DNA of 63,392 nucleotides, filler included, from Conidiobolus incongruus B7586 (Eukaryota): NCBI GenBank assembly GCA_000697335.1. It is 8 parts of 8 records of this genome, joined end to end, with 100 filler letters (N's around TTAATTAATTAA, not from the genome) between each part and the next. Parts side by side here need not be neighbours in the genome. Positions count along the whole stretch, not along the records: positions 1 to 9,544 come from JNEM01000134.1; positions 9,645 to 20,402 come from JNEM01000135.1; 6 more parts are not named here. One strand, 5' to 3'. Shown piece by piece: positions 1 to 13,315 of this stretch (position 1 is its first letter; each line of letters starts with the position of its first letter). The notes under the pieces were generated by a model. It saw only the letters and a program-made list of their open reading frames with translations, ran no database searches and was not told where the DNA came from. The position numbers and the translations under genes were made by a program.

Positions 1-1805
1 ATTTAAAATTCATAATATATTTGAAAAATCAGAAATTAAAAAATTTCTCATTATTTCAAATTCAAGGTAATAATAATTCAAATATTGTTTACTTAAATAA
101 ACTATTCATATAATATTTTAAAAAAATTAATTCAATATATTTAAAATAATAAGCAAAGGGCTAATTATTAATAATTTAGCTGAAATAAAAAAATATAAAA
201 TAAATATAATAATGATATAATATAGAAGGCTATATTTGGCCATTAAATAAACTAAGAGTTTAATTATATTAATTAATTATTATATTTAATTAAATAATAA
301 AATATATAATTATACCGTGGTGTTTTGAAATAAAACTATATGTTAATCGAAATTATGTTATATTGTAAATATATATATTCCAAAGTTCAATAAATTGTTA
401 AAATGAGTAAGTATTGAACTCTTTCTAATATAAATATATCAGTTTAAATATATAATTTTGAAGAATATAATCAAAATTTAATAATATACAAATAACTTTC
501 ATTTTTGATATATGTAATATTTAACTTTTCAGATAAATTATAAGAATTGAGCTTTAGGTAAGTGTGTAATTAAAAACAAGGCATAATTTTTATGAAAATA
601 CCATTTTCATTGTAATAATTTCATATTATATATATATAAATTATTTAATAAGAATATTTATTGTATATCGATGAATTATTAAAAAATTGTTTTATATATT
701 GAAAATTAAAAACAGGATCATTTAATATATATCAAAGTGTGAAAAGTGATAAAATGAATATTAACTTTATATATAAAAATTTGGCTTCCCAATAACTATT
801 AATATATTGTTTTTGCTTGAGATTATTAACAAAATTTTGTGAATAATTTTAACCAAAACTCTGCTTGAATGCAAAACTTGACTATGAATAGTAATAATAA
901 TAAAAAATCAGCCAAAAATCTCTAAAAAATATAAAACTGTATAATGAAAAATTGTTAAGTACAAATTTACAGATGAAAAACCCTCTATAAAAATATTAAT
1001 ACCTGATGTTATTTAATTTTTACTTACTAGCATAATTTAGCTCCGATCAATTTGAAATTTATTAAGATACCTATTTTTCCAATTTGTAAAACCCCAATTG
1101 TAATTTGCATATCTATTATATTTGATTCTAGAAAATTAACTATATATTATTTTTTGTTAATTAAGAATAATTTGGTTAATTATTCGGTTACAAGTTACCA
1201 GCTGATCTATTGAAATCTACATTTGTTTTATTTTTGCGAGAATAATTTTTTTTGAAATTTGGGTAATTACAAGAAAATGACCAGAATTAAGCCTAAATCC
1301 AATTATTATTAATTATACCAATTTTAGTATTATTGAATCAATTTAATTAATAATATTGAAAGATGAAAAAATTAAAATTATAATCGCAGTCAATTTTTAA
1401 TATCAGTATTTTTGTTGAATATTGTATTGGAGAATAATTCATGATCTATATGTTATTGGGTACAAATTTTATATAAGTTTATTTTAAATTTCTAACTATA
1501 TATCATTAAAATAAAATCAAATACATTATCCTATACGATTAAAAGTTTTTTATTAAAAAAATTATTTAAAATATACAATTAGAATATATGAATCAATATA
1601 GAGAAATATTCGTAATTTTATAACTTGTAAATTTATTACAAATTTATCATTAAAAGTCAAATGTATCAAATATACTCATGATTTAATAAAAATTTTGGAA
1701 AATTTCAAGATTCTAATCCAAAGATAAAAATGAACTTGATATAAATACCGTAGGTTGGATTATAGAATCCATACTAAAAATTCCAGCGATAAATATTTAT
1801 TAAAT

Positions 1806-2597
1806 ATGAATTTGATCTCAGTTCTTATTAGTACTCTTGGAGTCTCTGCTGTACACTTCAAGTTAACCCGTGAAGATGGATCCACTAATGATATTGGAGG
1901 ACAAGTTAACGAATGTTACGGAATTGCTGATACACCCATCAGGAATGTTGAAATTCCTGCAGGTTATACTGCTTTATTCTTTTCTGATTACAATTGTGAT
2001 GGTCATCATTCCGCTGTTGGATATGATAAAACACTTTTGAGGAACAAAATTCAATCTACCATTAAATCTGTTGCAATTGTACCTGATTCCAATGGTGCTT
2101 ACCGTAGATCCTCTTTTAACCTCAAAGCTGATATGAGAAATCATAATAACCTAAAAGCTGAATCACAACAATTCAAAATTATCCGCACTGATGGAACTAC
2201 TAGTAAATTTGAGGGAGAGAAATATGGTTGCTACGGCATTGGTGATAGTCCTATCAGTAAAATCGAAGGTCCTAAAGGTATTGCAGTTTTCTATTTTGAT
2301 GGTTACGGTTGCAAAGGTAATGAAGTCGCTGTTGGAGCTCAAGATAAAATTAAGTACCATCAAGGTATTACTGCCATAAGATCTGCTTACATTGTACCTG
2401 ATGAAGACGGAAGATACTATCAATATATCGTTAATCACCTTGCTGAACAAAACCAACACTCTCAACATCTCAGAGCAGGAAGAAAAGAACATTCTCAACA
2501 GCGTAGCAGTTCATCAAAATCTCATTTTTATCGCCTCAAAGCAGATTCAAAATTTATCCGCCCTCATAACCTCCTTGCTAACCTAGATCGTTATTAA
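1806..2597 (+). CDS. Secreted protein with two tandem ~85-aa Cys-pair domains (beta/gamma-crystallin-like fold suspected), paralogue A
   Basis: ATG at 1806 follows TATAAATA at ~1740. Signal-peptide-like start MNLISVLISTLGVSA. The pattern F-x3-R-x-DG...CYGI...PI...P-x-G...F-x2-Y-x-C-x-G...AVG...I-x-S-x2-IVPD occurs twice. Intronless and GC-richer than its flanks. Paralogue at 6381. Confidence 0.85.
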   Translation: MNLISVLISTLGVSAVHFKLTREDGSTNDIGGQVNECYGIADTPIRNVEIPAGYTALFFSDYNCDGHHSAVGYDKTLLRNKIQSTIKSVAIVPDSNGAYRRSSFNLKADMRNHNNLKAESQQFKIIRTDGTTSKFEGEKYGCYGIGDSPISKIEGPKGIAVFYFDGYGCKGNEVAVGAQDKIKYHQGITAIRSAYIVPDEDGRYYQYIVNHLAEQNQHSQHLRAGRKEHSQQRSSSSKSHFYRLKADSKFIRPHNLLANLDRY

Positions 2598-4921
2598 GGT
2601 TATAGTGATATTAAAATAATTGGGAGCACAACATTGATAGATATATTTGTGAAGATCGCGATACGTACAATTCCCATTAGTCGCCACCGAGAATTTAATG
2701 AATTTATCACGTTTCCAATAAAATATTTTAAGTTTATCTTCTACAAATTATTCGATGATTTTAATATGGTACTTGCTTACTCAGTATTTCAATATATTGA
2801 CAAAATTAAAGATTGCGTAAATATGATTAATATAATAATTTGACAAAATTTAATATTTATCAATATAATTTAATTTAATTGGTATTTTCATTAATTATAC
2901 CGTTTATAGAGAAATCTTTAAACTATTTAATAAATACAATTAAAACTTATTACAAATCTCCTATATATTGAAGCCATAATTTGTATCTAATATATAAGTT
3001 ATATAGTACAATATTATTGATAATTTAAAAATGTGTTGAAAAGTTGTTACCCTACTCGATCAAATTGATAATCATGTTATTCAGAAAACTAATAGTTATT
3101 TATGCATATTTTTATAATTTAAAAATCTCTATTTAATGAAGTTGAAAATACATTATAACTCTCTCATATATGGTAATTAATGCTTAAAGTCGAAATATAT
3201 TAATTGTTCAAATAGTTTTATAATAGCAGATATCCAATATATTTAAATAATCAGAAAAATTAAAATAATGATGTAATATTTCACATTTTAATAGTATCTA
3301 ACCAATTGATTTATTATCTTTTAATATTTTCCATTAAGTTATATTGAGTTCAAAAATAATAACAATACCAGCTGATAAACTAGCATATATAATTAATTTT
3401 AATTATTGTTTGTGATATAAAGGTAAAAAAGAGAATACATATATATAATACTTATATTGAAAATTTGATTAATGTAATATCTTATCAATAAATTAAATGA
3501 ATCATTTTATAGTTTAAGAATATTTCTTTATATTCATAATATCACCATTAAAGGCTCTAATATATTATCTCTTATTATTACATCAAGCCTCTAGGCTATA
3601 ATTTTAAAAAATTGTTTGATATTTGCTCTGAATACTATCCCAACATACAACATTAATAAATTTCTGATATATCTTCTAGTATTATTGACTTCCCTGAGAA
3701 AATAAAATATTCACTATTAGCACAAATATCTTCTATATATTATTAATATTTCATGAATATAGAAATTAACAATATTTTTTTATCATATTTTAATTTTAAA
3801 AATCATTTATAAGTTAGAATAAATTTTGGTAAATAATCGAATTCAATAATATTGCAGTATACTTATAAATTTCCAAATGTATACACGATTATTGTACCAA
3901 ATACTGTTTCTAATCTTATAGTGAATAATTAATATAGTTTGGTATATAAATCATTTAGCCTATATTATAAGAACAAAAAACCTTTCACACATTTTTATTA
4001 ACCATATTTTTGAAATAATTTCACATTGAAGTAATTTTCACTATAATTTATTAAATATATTACAAGTTGCATTATTAAACTCTAATTAACACTTATTTTA
4101 CTATTGGTAAAATTGATTTAACCTTAAAATGTTGTGAAAATTATCAGGTATAGTATCTAAATCGTGTTAAAGGAACCAAAGTTTAAAATAATATTTAGAT
4201 TAATTAATTATTTCCTTAATTATTCGAGATTCTGATTTATAATTTAAAAATATATTCTTACTTTTTTATCTGTAAGTTGATATAAAACAATCTCATTTTA
4301 TAAAACACTTATTAAAAAGTTATTCAATTGGAAAATTTATTTTGATTTCAAAACCTATATTATTGAAATGCTTATCCAAGGATTTGAATAGTTTTATTTG
4401 AATTATTTAAACTAATTTTGTTTCTATGAATATTTAAAAACTAGATTTTTAGCGATACCAAAGGACAGCTAAATTATTTTCTCTTAAATTCATATTAACT
4501 AATTTATTCACATAATTAGTATTATTCCTATAAATTTAGAAAATATAAATATTATTTTGTTTATATTTGATACAATTATTTGATAAAATAGTTTGATATT
4601 CTAATCAATGAGAATTTTGATTATATTATGATATAATTAAGGCTTACACCACTCCGTAATAGAAATTTTATATAACATAATTATTTAATAAGTCATTGTA
4701 TTCCATAAATCCATTAACCTCAAAAAAAAATTAAAAATGATAATACTAATTGCTATTGTATAAAGTCAGAACTTATACTAATATATAAAGCACTAAATAA
4801 TGATATATAAGTTTACATAGATTAATTATACCCAATTTTTATAAATAAAATTTAATGTTTTAAGTAATAAAACTGAAATCAAAAAACATCTGATAATAAA
4901 ATATATTAATTAAAAATGAAC

Positions 4922-4924
<3 letters not shown>

Positions 4925-4952
<28 letters not shown>
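4925..4952. repeat. (AT)n microsatellite; similar tracts at ~48446-48467, ~54299-54318 and ~55825-55856
   Basis: Dinucleotide run seen directly. Confidence 0.9.
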
Positions 4953-6380
4953 CTTATATTGAAAGCAAATATTAATAAATTAATCAATAATTTTTTTATT
5001 TTGAAAAATCAGTCTTCAATTTATACAATTTATATAACATTTGATAAAAATACAGTATTATAGCTTGAATTATACTCAATTATGTTTGGCCAAGCAAGTG
5101 GAAAGAAGCAAATGATTCTATCATTAATATTAGCTATTCGAATATTTATTATAGAATAATCATTCTCGTTTATTAATATATGAACCAATTAAAATAAAAA
5201 TAATATTAATAATAGCTATTAATGGTAATAATTATTATTATTCTCAGTTTATATTGAATGAAATATATAATTTGAAAAAGAGCAATAAAATATTTAAAAC
5301 AATTTTTACACATATCTACAATTATACATTGGAGATTAGACAATTAGTTTTTGATATTTTTTTCCAAATAATGAAAATTTTATATTAATTAGCCCTCAAT
5401 TGTAATGGAATTTGTAAGTGAAAATAAATATGCAAATAATCGAATTTTAAAACATTTTAGTTAATAGCTTAAATGATAATAATAGTTATATTAAAATCAA
5501 GTGTTTTAGCGTTATCATAGGTCCATTACCTGTTTTTCGCCAAAATACATACAGAGTAATTTACAAACTTAATTAAGAATTTTAATACTATTAGTAATTT
5601 GAAATATTCTTTACATAAATTTCAATCTCATTAATCCAGATTTGAAACGATTAGACTAAAAATAATGATTCAAATCGATGATATTTAGAGTATCTTTGTA
5701 ATATAATTGCTTTGGAATATTTAATATTCGGTGTGATTACAATGGTAACGGGGGTTAAAATAAATTTTCAGAGGATTCGCAGCTAAATTATTTAATTTTA
5801 AAAATATAATGATCAATAAATCGATATAATCTTTTTTAAAGATGTGAGTATAAATGATATACTAAATATTCTAATTATTTTTAATGAGTTTGGTGAAAAT
5901 ATAATTCCTTTTACAACATTATCTATATTATTAACTAATTTTTTTTTAAATAAATTAAAAGAATTCATTATAAAATATCATACCAGCATAGTAAGTATAT
6001 AATTTTAAAAACTTTTATTAACATTAATATTATCCAAATTTATATATAAGGATTAAGTTTTTGAACGCTAATGATTCATAGAAATCCACCAATAATATTG
6101 TATTAGTACACTAAAATAGGTCATAGTCAAATATAACTGTATTAAAGTATATTTAAAAGTCGTATAAAACCTTCGCTTATGATTAAAAACTAGTAATATG
6201 GAATTGCAATATATCATTATATTTAAAATAAATACTTTTAAATAGAAAATTTATATTTACGGAAAAATTGAGGATTTGAAAGTTGTAAATTAAAAATTTT
6301 GAGCGAAGAGATCAAGTATAAATAGTATGCAATTGAATATACAAATAATATATCAATTTAATTGTTTAATAGTTATAAAT

Positions 6381-7166
6381 ATGAAATTACTCTCTGTTGT
6401 TATTGCTATTCTTGGAGTTTCTGCTGAACAGTTTGAAATTCTACGTGAAGATCAAACTACTAGTGTTATTGGTGGTCAAGTCAACGAATGTTTCGGAATT
6501 GGAGGTGCACCAATTGAAGGCATTAATGTTCCTCCTGGTTTAATTGTCAAATTCTATAATGAATACAATTGCTTGGGTAAAGAAATTGCTGTTGGAATTC
6601 ACGGAAATTTCCAGACTTTTGGCACCCATCGTTACATCAAATCTGCTAAAATCGAACACGACAAATCCGGAGTAACTCCAGGAAAGTATAATCTCAAAGC
6701 TCATATGATAAATTCTGACCAGCATCAAAATCGTCCTCATCATAATCGTCACGCTCAGCGCCTCAGAGCTCAATCCCAGAATCCTGAATCAGCACGTTTC
6801 AAAATTATCCGCACTGATGGAACTAATAGTGAATTTGAGGGAGAGAAATATGGTTGCTACGGAATCGGCGATAGCCCTATCAGTAAAATCGAAGGTCCTA
6901 AAGGTTTTGCAGTTTTCTATTTTGATGGTTACGATTGCAAAGGTAATGAAGTCGCTGTTGGAGCTCAAGATAAAATTAAGTACCATCAAGGCATTACTGC
7001 CATAAGATCTGTTTACATTGTACCTGATGAAGACAGAAGTTACTATCGATATATCATTAATCACCTTGCTGAACACAACCAACACTCTCAACATCTCAGA
7101 GCAGGACGAAACAGTCATTCTCGACATCTTAGAGATGCAGGAGACCGTCGCCTTCATTTCTTCTAA
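6381..7166 (+). CDS. Secreted two-domain protein, paralogue B
   Basis: ATG at 6381, TATAAATA at ~6317, signal-like MKLLSVVIAILGVSA. Same two-domain layout as 1806..2597. Segment 6798-7106 is colinear with 2172-2480. Confidence 0.85.
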   Translation: MKLLSVVIAILGVSAEQFEILREDQTTSVIGGQVNECFGIGGAPIEGINVPPGLIVKFYNEYNCLGKEIAVGIHGNFQTFGTHRYIKSAKIEHDKSGVTPGKYNLKAHMINSDQHQNRPHHNRHAQRLRAQSQNPESARFKIIRTDGTNSEFEGEKYGCYGIGDSPISKIEGPKGFAVFYFDGYDCKGNEVAVGAQDKIKYHQGITAIRSVYIVPDEDRSYYRYIINHLAEHNQHSQHLRAGRNSHSRHLRDAGDRRLHFF

Positions 7167-9544
7167 GCTGACCACGAACGTGGATTTAATCATCAAATTT
7201 AAAATATTTCATTTTTGATATTTATTAGAATGATTTTTCTCATTTTGATACTGATGATTACTATATACTTCTAATCAAATTTCCAAAAAACATTCAGATT
7301 TCACAATATTCAATAAAATAGTGTTAAATTATTATTTTATAATTGAATATAAGCTCTCAACAGGATTTTCAAAGTTTTTTAATTTGATATCTATTTAAAA
7401 GTAATTATTATTTTTGTTAATTATATTAATTATTTTTGGCTTGGAAATTATCTTTTGAAAAAATTTGCATTTTTAATTTATTTAAAATTCCTAATGAAAA
7501 TGTTTCTCATATTAGATTATAGGTAAAATTTGAAAAATTGCTTTATGAAAAAAACTGTATTATTAATTTATTTCTTAATTTGATTTAACAAAAGTATATT
7601 TTAGTCTATCAAATGAATTGCGTTATAAATATCATTGTTTAAAATGTTTTCTAGTCAATGGTGGATCAAATAGTTCTAATATTAATTAAAATTTTTTTAA
7701 TTTTTTTTGTATTAGTCAGGGCTAATATTAAATATATTAACTCATTCATATATATTTAAATTATAATTACTACCATAAATATAGTTTGAAAAATTTCAAC
7801 AAATATTAAATAAATAGTGATAAAATAAAATTCTCTTTTTTGAATATTATGCAGGAATTTTCTTAAATCAATTAATTAGTTGGCAATATAAATGATTATT
7901 TTCGATCATTCAGCTTATTAACTTTTTAAATTCGATTCAATCAAATATATTACGTTTGAGAGTAAGGAAATCAACTTCAATTTTCATAACATTTAATAGA
8001 ATTAGTTAAGCACTTGGATTATTAGTAATAGTGCACTATATATAACTATGCACTATTTATTATAATATATAATATAGATTTAAATATTTAATGGAGTTCA
8101 AAAAAATATTACATGAAATCAATTTTGCCAAAGAGTGCTGATGAACTATTAAGAATATTAATATTTAACTATTTTTATTTGTATTATAATTTTAATAATA
8201 TTCCCAAAATATATTATTTTTGACATTCTGTTATATTCAATCTTTATATTAAATAATGTTTATATATCAATAATATTCAAATTTCCTAATAATACTAGTG
8301 CTAAAATCAGGCTTTTATTATTTTATAAATTATTAAATAAAATTATCAATTAAATTAAATAAAAAGTTATTATTATAATAAATAGACTTAAAGCTTGGTA
8401 TATATTATAACTTAGGATTTAAATGCTTATCTTACTCTCTTAAATTACTAAAATAATATTAGTAATTATAAATTTTAATTTAAAGTTCAAAAAATTAGAT
8501 ATATTGTTAATTATTACATAAAGACTCAATAATATTTTAAAAATTTAGAGTTTAGTAAAATATATATTCAAAAATATTAAATTGGTTATCAATAATATTT
8601 TTTTTATTTTACTTTTTATTAAACCTTTGTTAAATTCTATAAATATTAAAGTTTCTATCTTATGAATATTAGTCTATTTTGAATATTATGACTTATATTG
8701 AAATACAATTAAAATACTAATATATTATTAACTTAAATATTTACTAAATATAATTAATGCTCTTTTTTTAAAAGTCTTTTTATATTTCTATTAATTTCAA
8801 TTATCTAATAATTAATACTTTCATCAAAAACTAAAATTTAATTTTTTATAAATCCAATTAATCCATTTTGAAAAGTAAACTTTATAGCCCTATTCTATAA
8901 TTATATAACCCAATTATATTCATATAAATTGTAATCTAAGTAATTCATTCAAAATCATATCTTTTCCAAATTATTTTTAACCTGGAAATGTTGTATAACT
9001 TTTAAATATATAGATTAAAATTATTATAAAGATTAATAATTATTTTCATTTTATATTTCGAGTAAAAATTAAAAAAAATGTTAATTAATACTTGCTATCA
9101 ATTTATGCTATTTAAAAAATTCAATTAAACTATCCTATATCATAGTATTTGATAGTTATTTATAATAATCCTTTTAAAATTAAATATTTTTTCATTTTAA
9201 TTTTATTTTAAGATTTAATTCATAATATTTTTGATTCTTTTATTATGAATTTAAATAAATTTATACCAAGGTTTTTATAGCTCATTGATTTAAATAATAT
9301 TTTCTATAGTTTTTAGTAATTATTTATAACTTAGCTAGTTTTTTTCTATAGCTATTTTAGTTTGTTTTCTTTAATTAAAATATATAATAATAATTTTATA
9401 TCATGGTTAATATAAAAATATTGAAGTTTATATAATAAAGTATTGTAATATTATTTTTTGATATTATCTAAACAATTTTTAATTAATTAAAATATATTTA
9501 ATAATATTTAATCTTAATAGATAATTAATAATATATAATATTAT

Positions 9545-9644
9545 NNNNNNNNNNNNNNNNNNNNNNNNNNNNNNNNNNNNNNNNNNNNTTAATTAATTAA
9601 NNNNNNNNNNNNNNNNNNNNNNNNNNNNNNNNNNNNNNNNNNNN
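9545..9644. other. Artificial contig spacer N44-TTAATTAATTAA-N44 (also 20403-20502, 30860-30959, 39437-39536, 48341-48440, 54091-54190, 61426-61525)
   Basis: Seven identical 100-nt blocks. The central palindromic 12-mer places stop codons in all six frames. Confidence 0.97.
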
Positions 9645-11208
9645 AATATTAAAACAAGTTAAAATAATATCTTTTTTAAACTCTAATTAATAATTTTTTA
9701 TTTATAAATGAGTATTAATTATTATAAAATATTATAATTATATATACTATTTTTTAATATTCCAAAAACCAATTAATAATAGAATTAATATTAATTTTTC
9801 AATCAATTTATTTAATATATAATTTTTATAAAGTATATAAAGTTAAATTTATAATAAGTTAATTAATTCAAAATAATTGAAAAAAACTATTATATTAAAT
9901 ATATTGGTTAATATATAACTTATATAATTATAGTTACTTAAAATAATTAAAAAAAAACTTATCTGAGTTTTTCTCTAAATAGCAAATACTTATTTATAAG
10001 CAAAGGAAGCTAACTAAAGATATTATAATTCTTTTTAATTAACTTGGAATAAATAACCTAACTATTCTTAATACTTTATAAAATGGAAAATAATGTTGTT
10101 ATTAGGCTTTTTTCTCTTTATTTATTGATGTAAAAAGAAATCATTATATATCTAATTAAATATTTATGCATTGTAATGCTATATTAAATTAGCAACCTAA
10201 TTAATAGCTAATTAAGCTGATAACCCTTATGCTTAATAAAGCAACTATTTGAATTAATTATAATATTTATATGCACTAATAATATCTAATTTTGCAATTA
10301 AAATATCATAATGAGTCACAACTTATAAGAAAAAAAGATTTACAAATAAATTTAATTTGTTTATAAAATATCAAATATTAGTCTTTAATAATTAGTACTG
10401 TTTCTTAATTTTTAATTTCCAAAAATATATTAAAAGGATATAAATAACAAAAAAAGTATTGATTTTTAAATTATATATTAAAATATTGATTTAAATTCAA
10501 TCTCATAAAAATCTCTTTATTTAAAATCCAGAGAAACAATATAAAATAGATAGCTATTTCAATTGTATAAAGGTAGGATATAAAAAAATTATTATCATTA
10601 GGTTATATTACTAATATGGATAATAGAACTATAATTATAAATTTTTATACAATATATAAATATAATAATAGTAAATATAATTTAATAATACAGAATCAAA
10701 ATTTATTTTCAGAAATTTGACCCTAGAGAAATAATTATTTTGTTTCAAGTTGATGATATTGAAATAATTATATGAATTTTAAGAAATTTTGGTGAAAATT
10801 TAGTTTAACATTCAGAACAAATACGCCTGAATCAGTTAATCCTTGAATTTCATCCAATAGGAAATAAAGATTTGAGAATTTTGATTGAGCAATGATTGTA
10901 AAACTTTGATATATACAGTTTTAAAAATTTTAGTTAAGCATAATACTAGATTAGACAGAAGATCCATTATCAGACAATAATGCTAAAATATTGTCAAAAA
11001 TTGATTAAGCTGATCTTCATTATTATAATAGATCACCGACTTTTCGAGCAATTATTCGTGTAAATTTCACAAATAAAAAATTATTTTGATTTATATTGTG
11101 GTTTAAAGTTATAATTTGTTTAAGTTGTTTAAAAAATGAAATTATAAATTCAAAACGATTACTTTAGTTCCACACACAATATAATTTTTCTATTTAAATT
11201 AACAAAAA

Positions 11209-11949
11209 ATGATTGAGGTAAACTATTACTTCATTACTCTAGTAAACCTATCAATCATGGGTACAATCTTCATTCAGTCAGTATTCATGTACTTCACTCT
11301 CAAACTCTTTAACCTGAAATACTTCATCATGCTATTAATTTGTAATTTATCTGCATTCTGGCAAACTGTTCTGGTATCCGTCATCAACACCGAAGAATTT
11401 GGTTTTTTTAAGAGCATAAATTACATATTGGCGGCCTGTGTTCTATGGATTTGTTATACACAGTCCTATCTCTACTTCTTAACCAGTTATTACCAAAACT
11501 TGCTCTACCGTTGGCAGGTTGTAATCTGCTATATTATTAATTTGTTTAACTTGGTATCGCAGTGGATCTTTACGATATTTTTATCCTTTGATTTGGGAAT
11601 TCCCCAAGATATTAGATATCTGGTCATAAACCGAACGGAAAACTGTAGTGCAACAGCAACAATTATTTCAGAATCTTTTATAACTTTCTGTCTACTCAAA
11701 CTCATTTTTAAATTCACAAAAAATTCTATTACTAGTAATATCCGAATGATACTGTCTAAAGCGGTAATAACAATGGTATTTATGTGGTCCTTGGATATTA
11801 TTCTGATCTACTTAGAGTATAGTGGTAGGGAAAGTGTATCTTATATAACTAAACCATCGATTTTGTCTTTCAAGTTTTTGATTGAATTACTAATTTTGGG
11901 ACATTGTAAAACTCAGTTGGTATTATTATCAGCTGTAGAAAATTGGTAA
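11209..11949 (+). CDS. Uncharacterised polytopic (6-7 TM) membrane protein, possibly receptor-like
   Basis: Intronless 246-aa ORF with AAAAATG start context and successive hydrophobic segments. A decayed paralogue at ~18919-19500 supports it as a real gene. Confidence 0.75.
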   Translation: MIEVNYYFITLVNLSIMGTIFIQSVFMYFTLKLFNLKYFIMLLICNLSAFWQTVLVSVINTEEFGFFKSINYILAACVLWICYTQSYLYFLTSYYQNLLYRWQVVICYIINLFNLVSQWIFTIFLSFDLGIPQDIRYLVINRTENCSATATIISESFITFCLLKLIFKFTKNSITSNIRMILSKAVITMVFMWSLDIILIYLEYSGRESVSYITKPSILSFKFLIELLILGHCKTQLVLLSAVENW

Positions 11950-13315
11950 TTGGGTTGATATATTATTAAGTAGTATAATAATAAAAAATTATCATTTTTG
12001 TGTTTTTATATATGAGTTTTATTTTGATATATAATTCATCTTATTTTTTAATATATTTCACAAACTCATTAAAATATTTGAGTTATTATTGTAAAATATC
12101 AAATTTAATATTTTATTTTTATTAAATTTAATATTATTATAAACAAAATCGCATTTAAATATATTTGTTGTTAAAAATGATCAGCTCTACCAATTCTCAT
12201 ATAATGATATCAAAAACCATTATGTCATCAAATATGCTACTATAATTCTGATATATTGTTATATTTTATTTTTCTAGATAAATTTATTCATTATTAAATA
12301 TTCTTTACATAAGTCATATTACAGTTTGAAACTGCTAAATTGCATTTTATTTTTATATTTAAAGTGAAGATCATTATATATCTAAATAAAAAAATCTGAA
12401 CATTCACTATAATATTATTATTTATAAAATATTATTACTAACTATGATAGTTATATATTAATTTATTAATTTTTTAATATCAAAATTTGACATTAATAAT
12501 AATTGAAGAATAATTTGACTTTATTTGAAACGATTTGGATATTACCAAATTTACTAACATATGAATTACGGCTTGATAATTGAAACTTTATTCTTTTAGA
12601 AAATGCGAGAGATAAATCAATGCATTAAGTAAATTAAACTAAATTAATAGAAAAGCACTAATGTGAAAAATTGATATCCAAAACTATTTTCTAAAATTCA
12701 TTTGAAAATTAATATTTATAATAAAATCCAAAAATATGAACTAGTTGTATTAGATCAATATATTTTGACTATGTGAAATAATACCAATTAAATCAAACAT
12801 TATGATAACTTCATTAAAAAGGGATAAAAGGAATAATAGTACACTATAAAGTACGATAGTATCGTTGAAACTTACTAACCCAGCTAACTACCAATTCATT
12901 TTCACAAGCGATAAGATTAATTTTTTAATTAAATTTTAATAAAAAACATAATGTATATCAATTTATGAATTAATTATAATTTGAAATATTAATCAATATT
13001 TCAATTCTAATGGAAATTTGATTCAAATCATATAACAAATACATTGCCGTTATATTGACAAGAATCAATTTAAAATTTTCAAAGTTAATTGTGTTCAAGA
13101 TTAGAATATATATATATTCTAAAATTTTGAAATATATATTAATGAAAATATATTGAAAATTAAAATTTTAAAAATCAATAATTTACATTGCCATAATTTT
13201 TTTTAAACTTATTATATATTAAAACTGTACCATATAAAATCCCATAATATTATTTTCAAAATTTAAATCATAAATTAGCCCACTATCACAGTCAACTTAT
13301 TTTATATTACTGAAA

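Noticed and set aside
2163..7218. Conserved antisense and alternate-frame ORFs in both secreted paralogues
   Set aside because: Their conservation follows from the near-identical nucleotide tract; they are shadow ORFs.
9589..9600. TTAATTAATTAA recurring every 6-11 kb as a biological repeat or CRISPR-like array
   Set aside because: It is always centred in exactly 44+44 N, so it is an artificial six-frame-stop linker.
10690..11000. Coding-looking stretches (also ~33120-33460 and ~43440-43660)
   Set aside because: Stop-ridden with no recognisable family. They may be old relics but cannot be supported.
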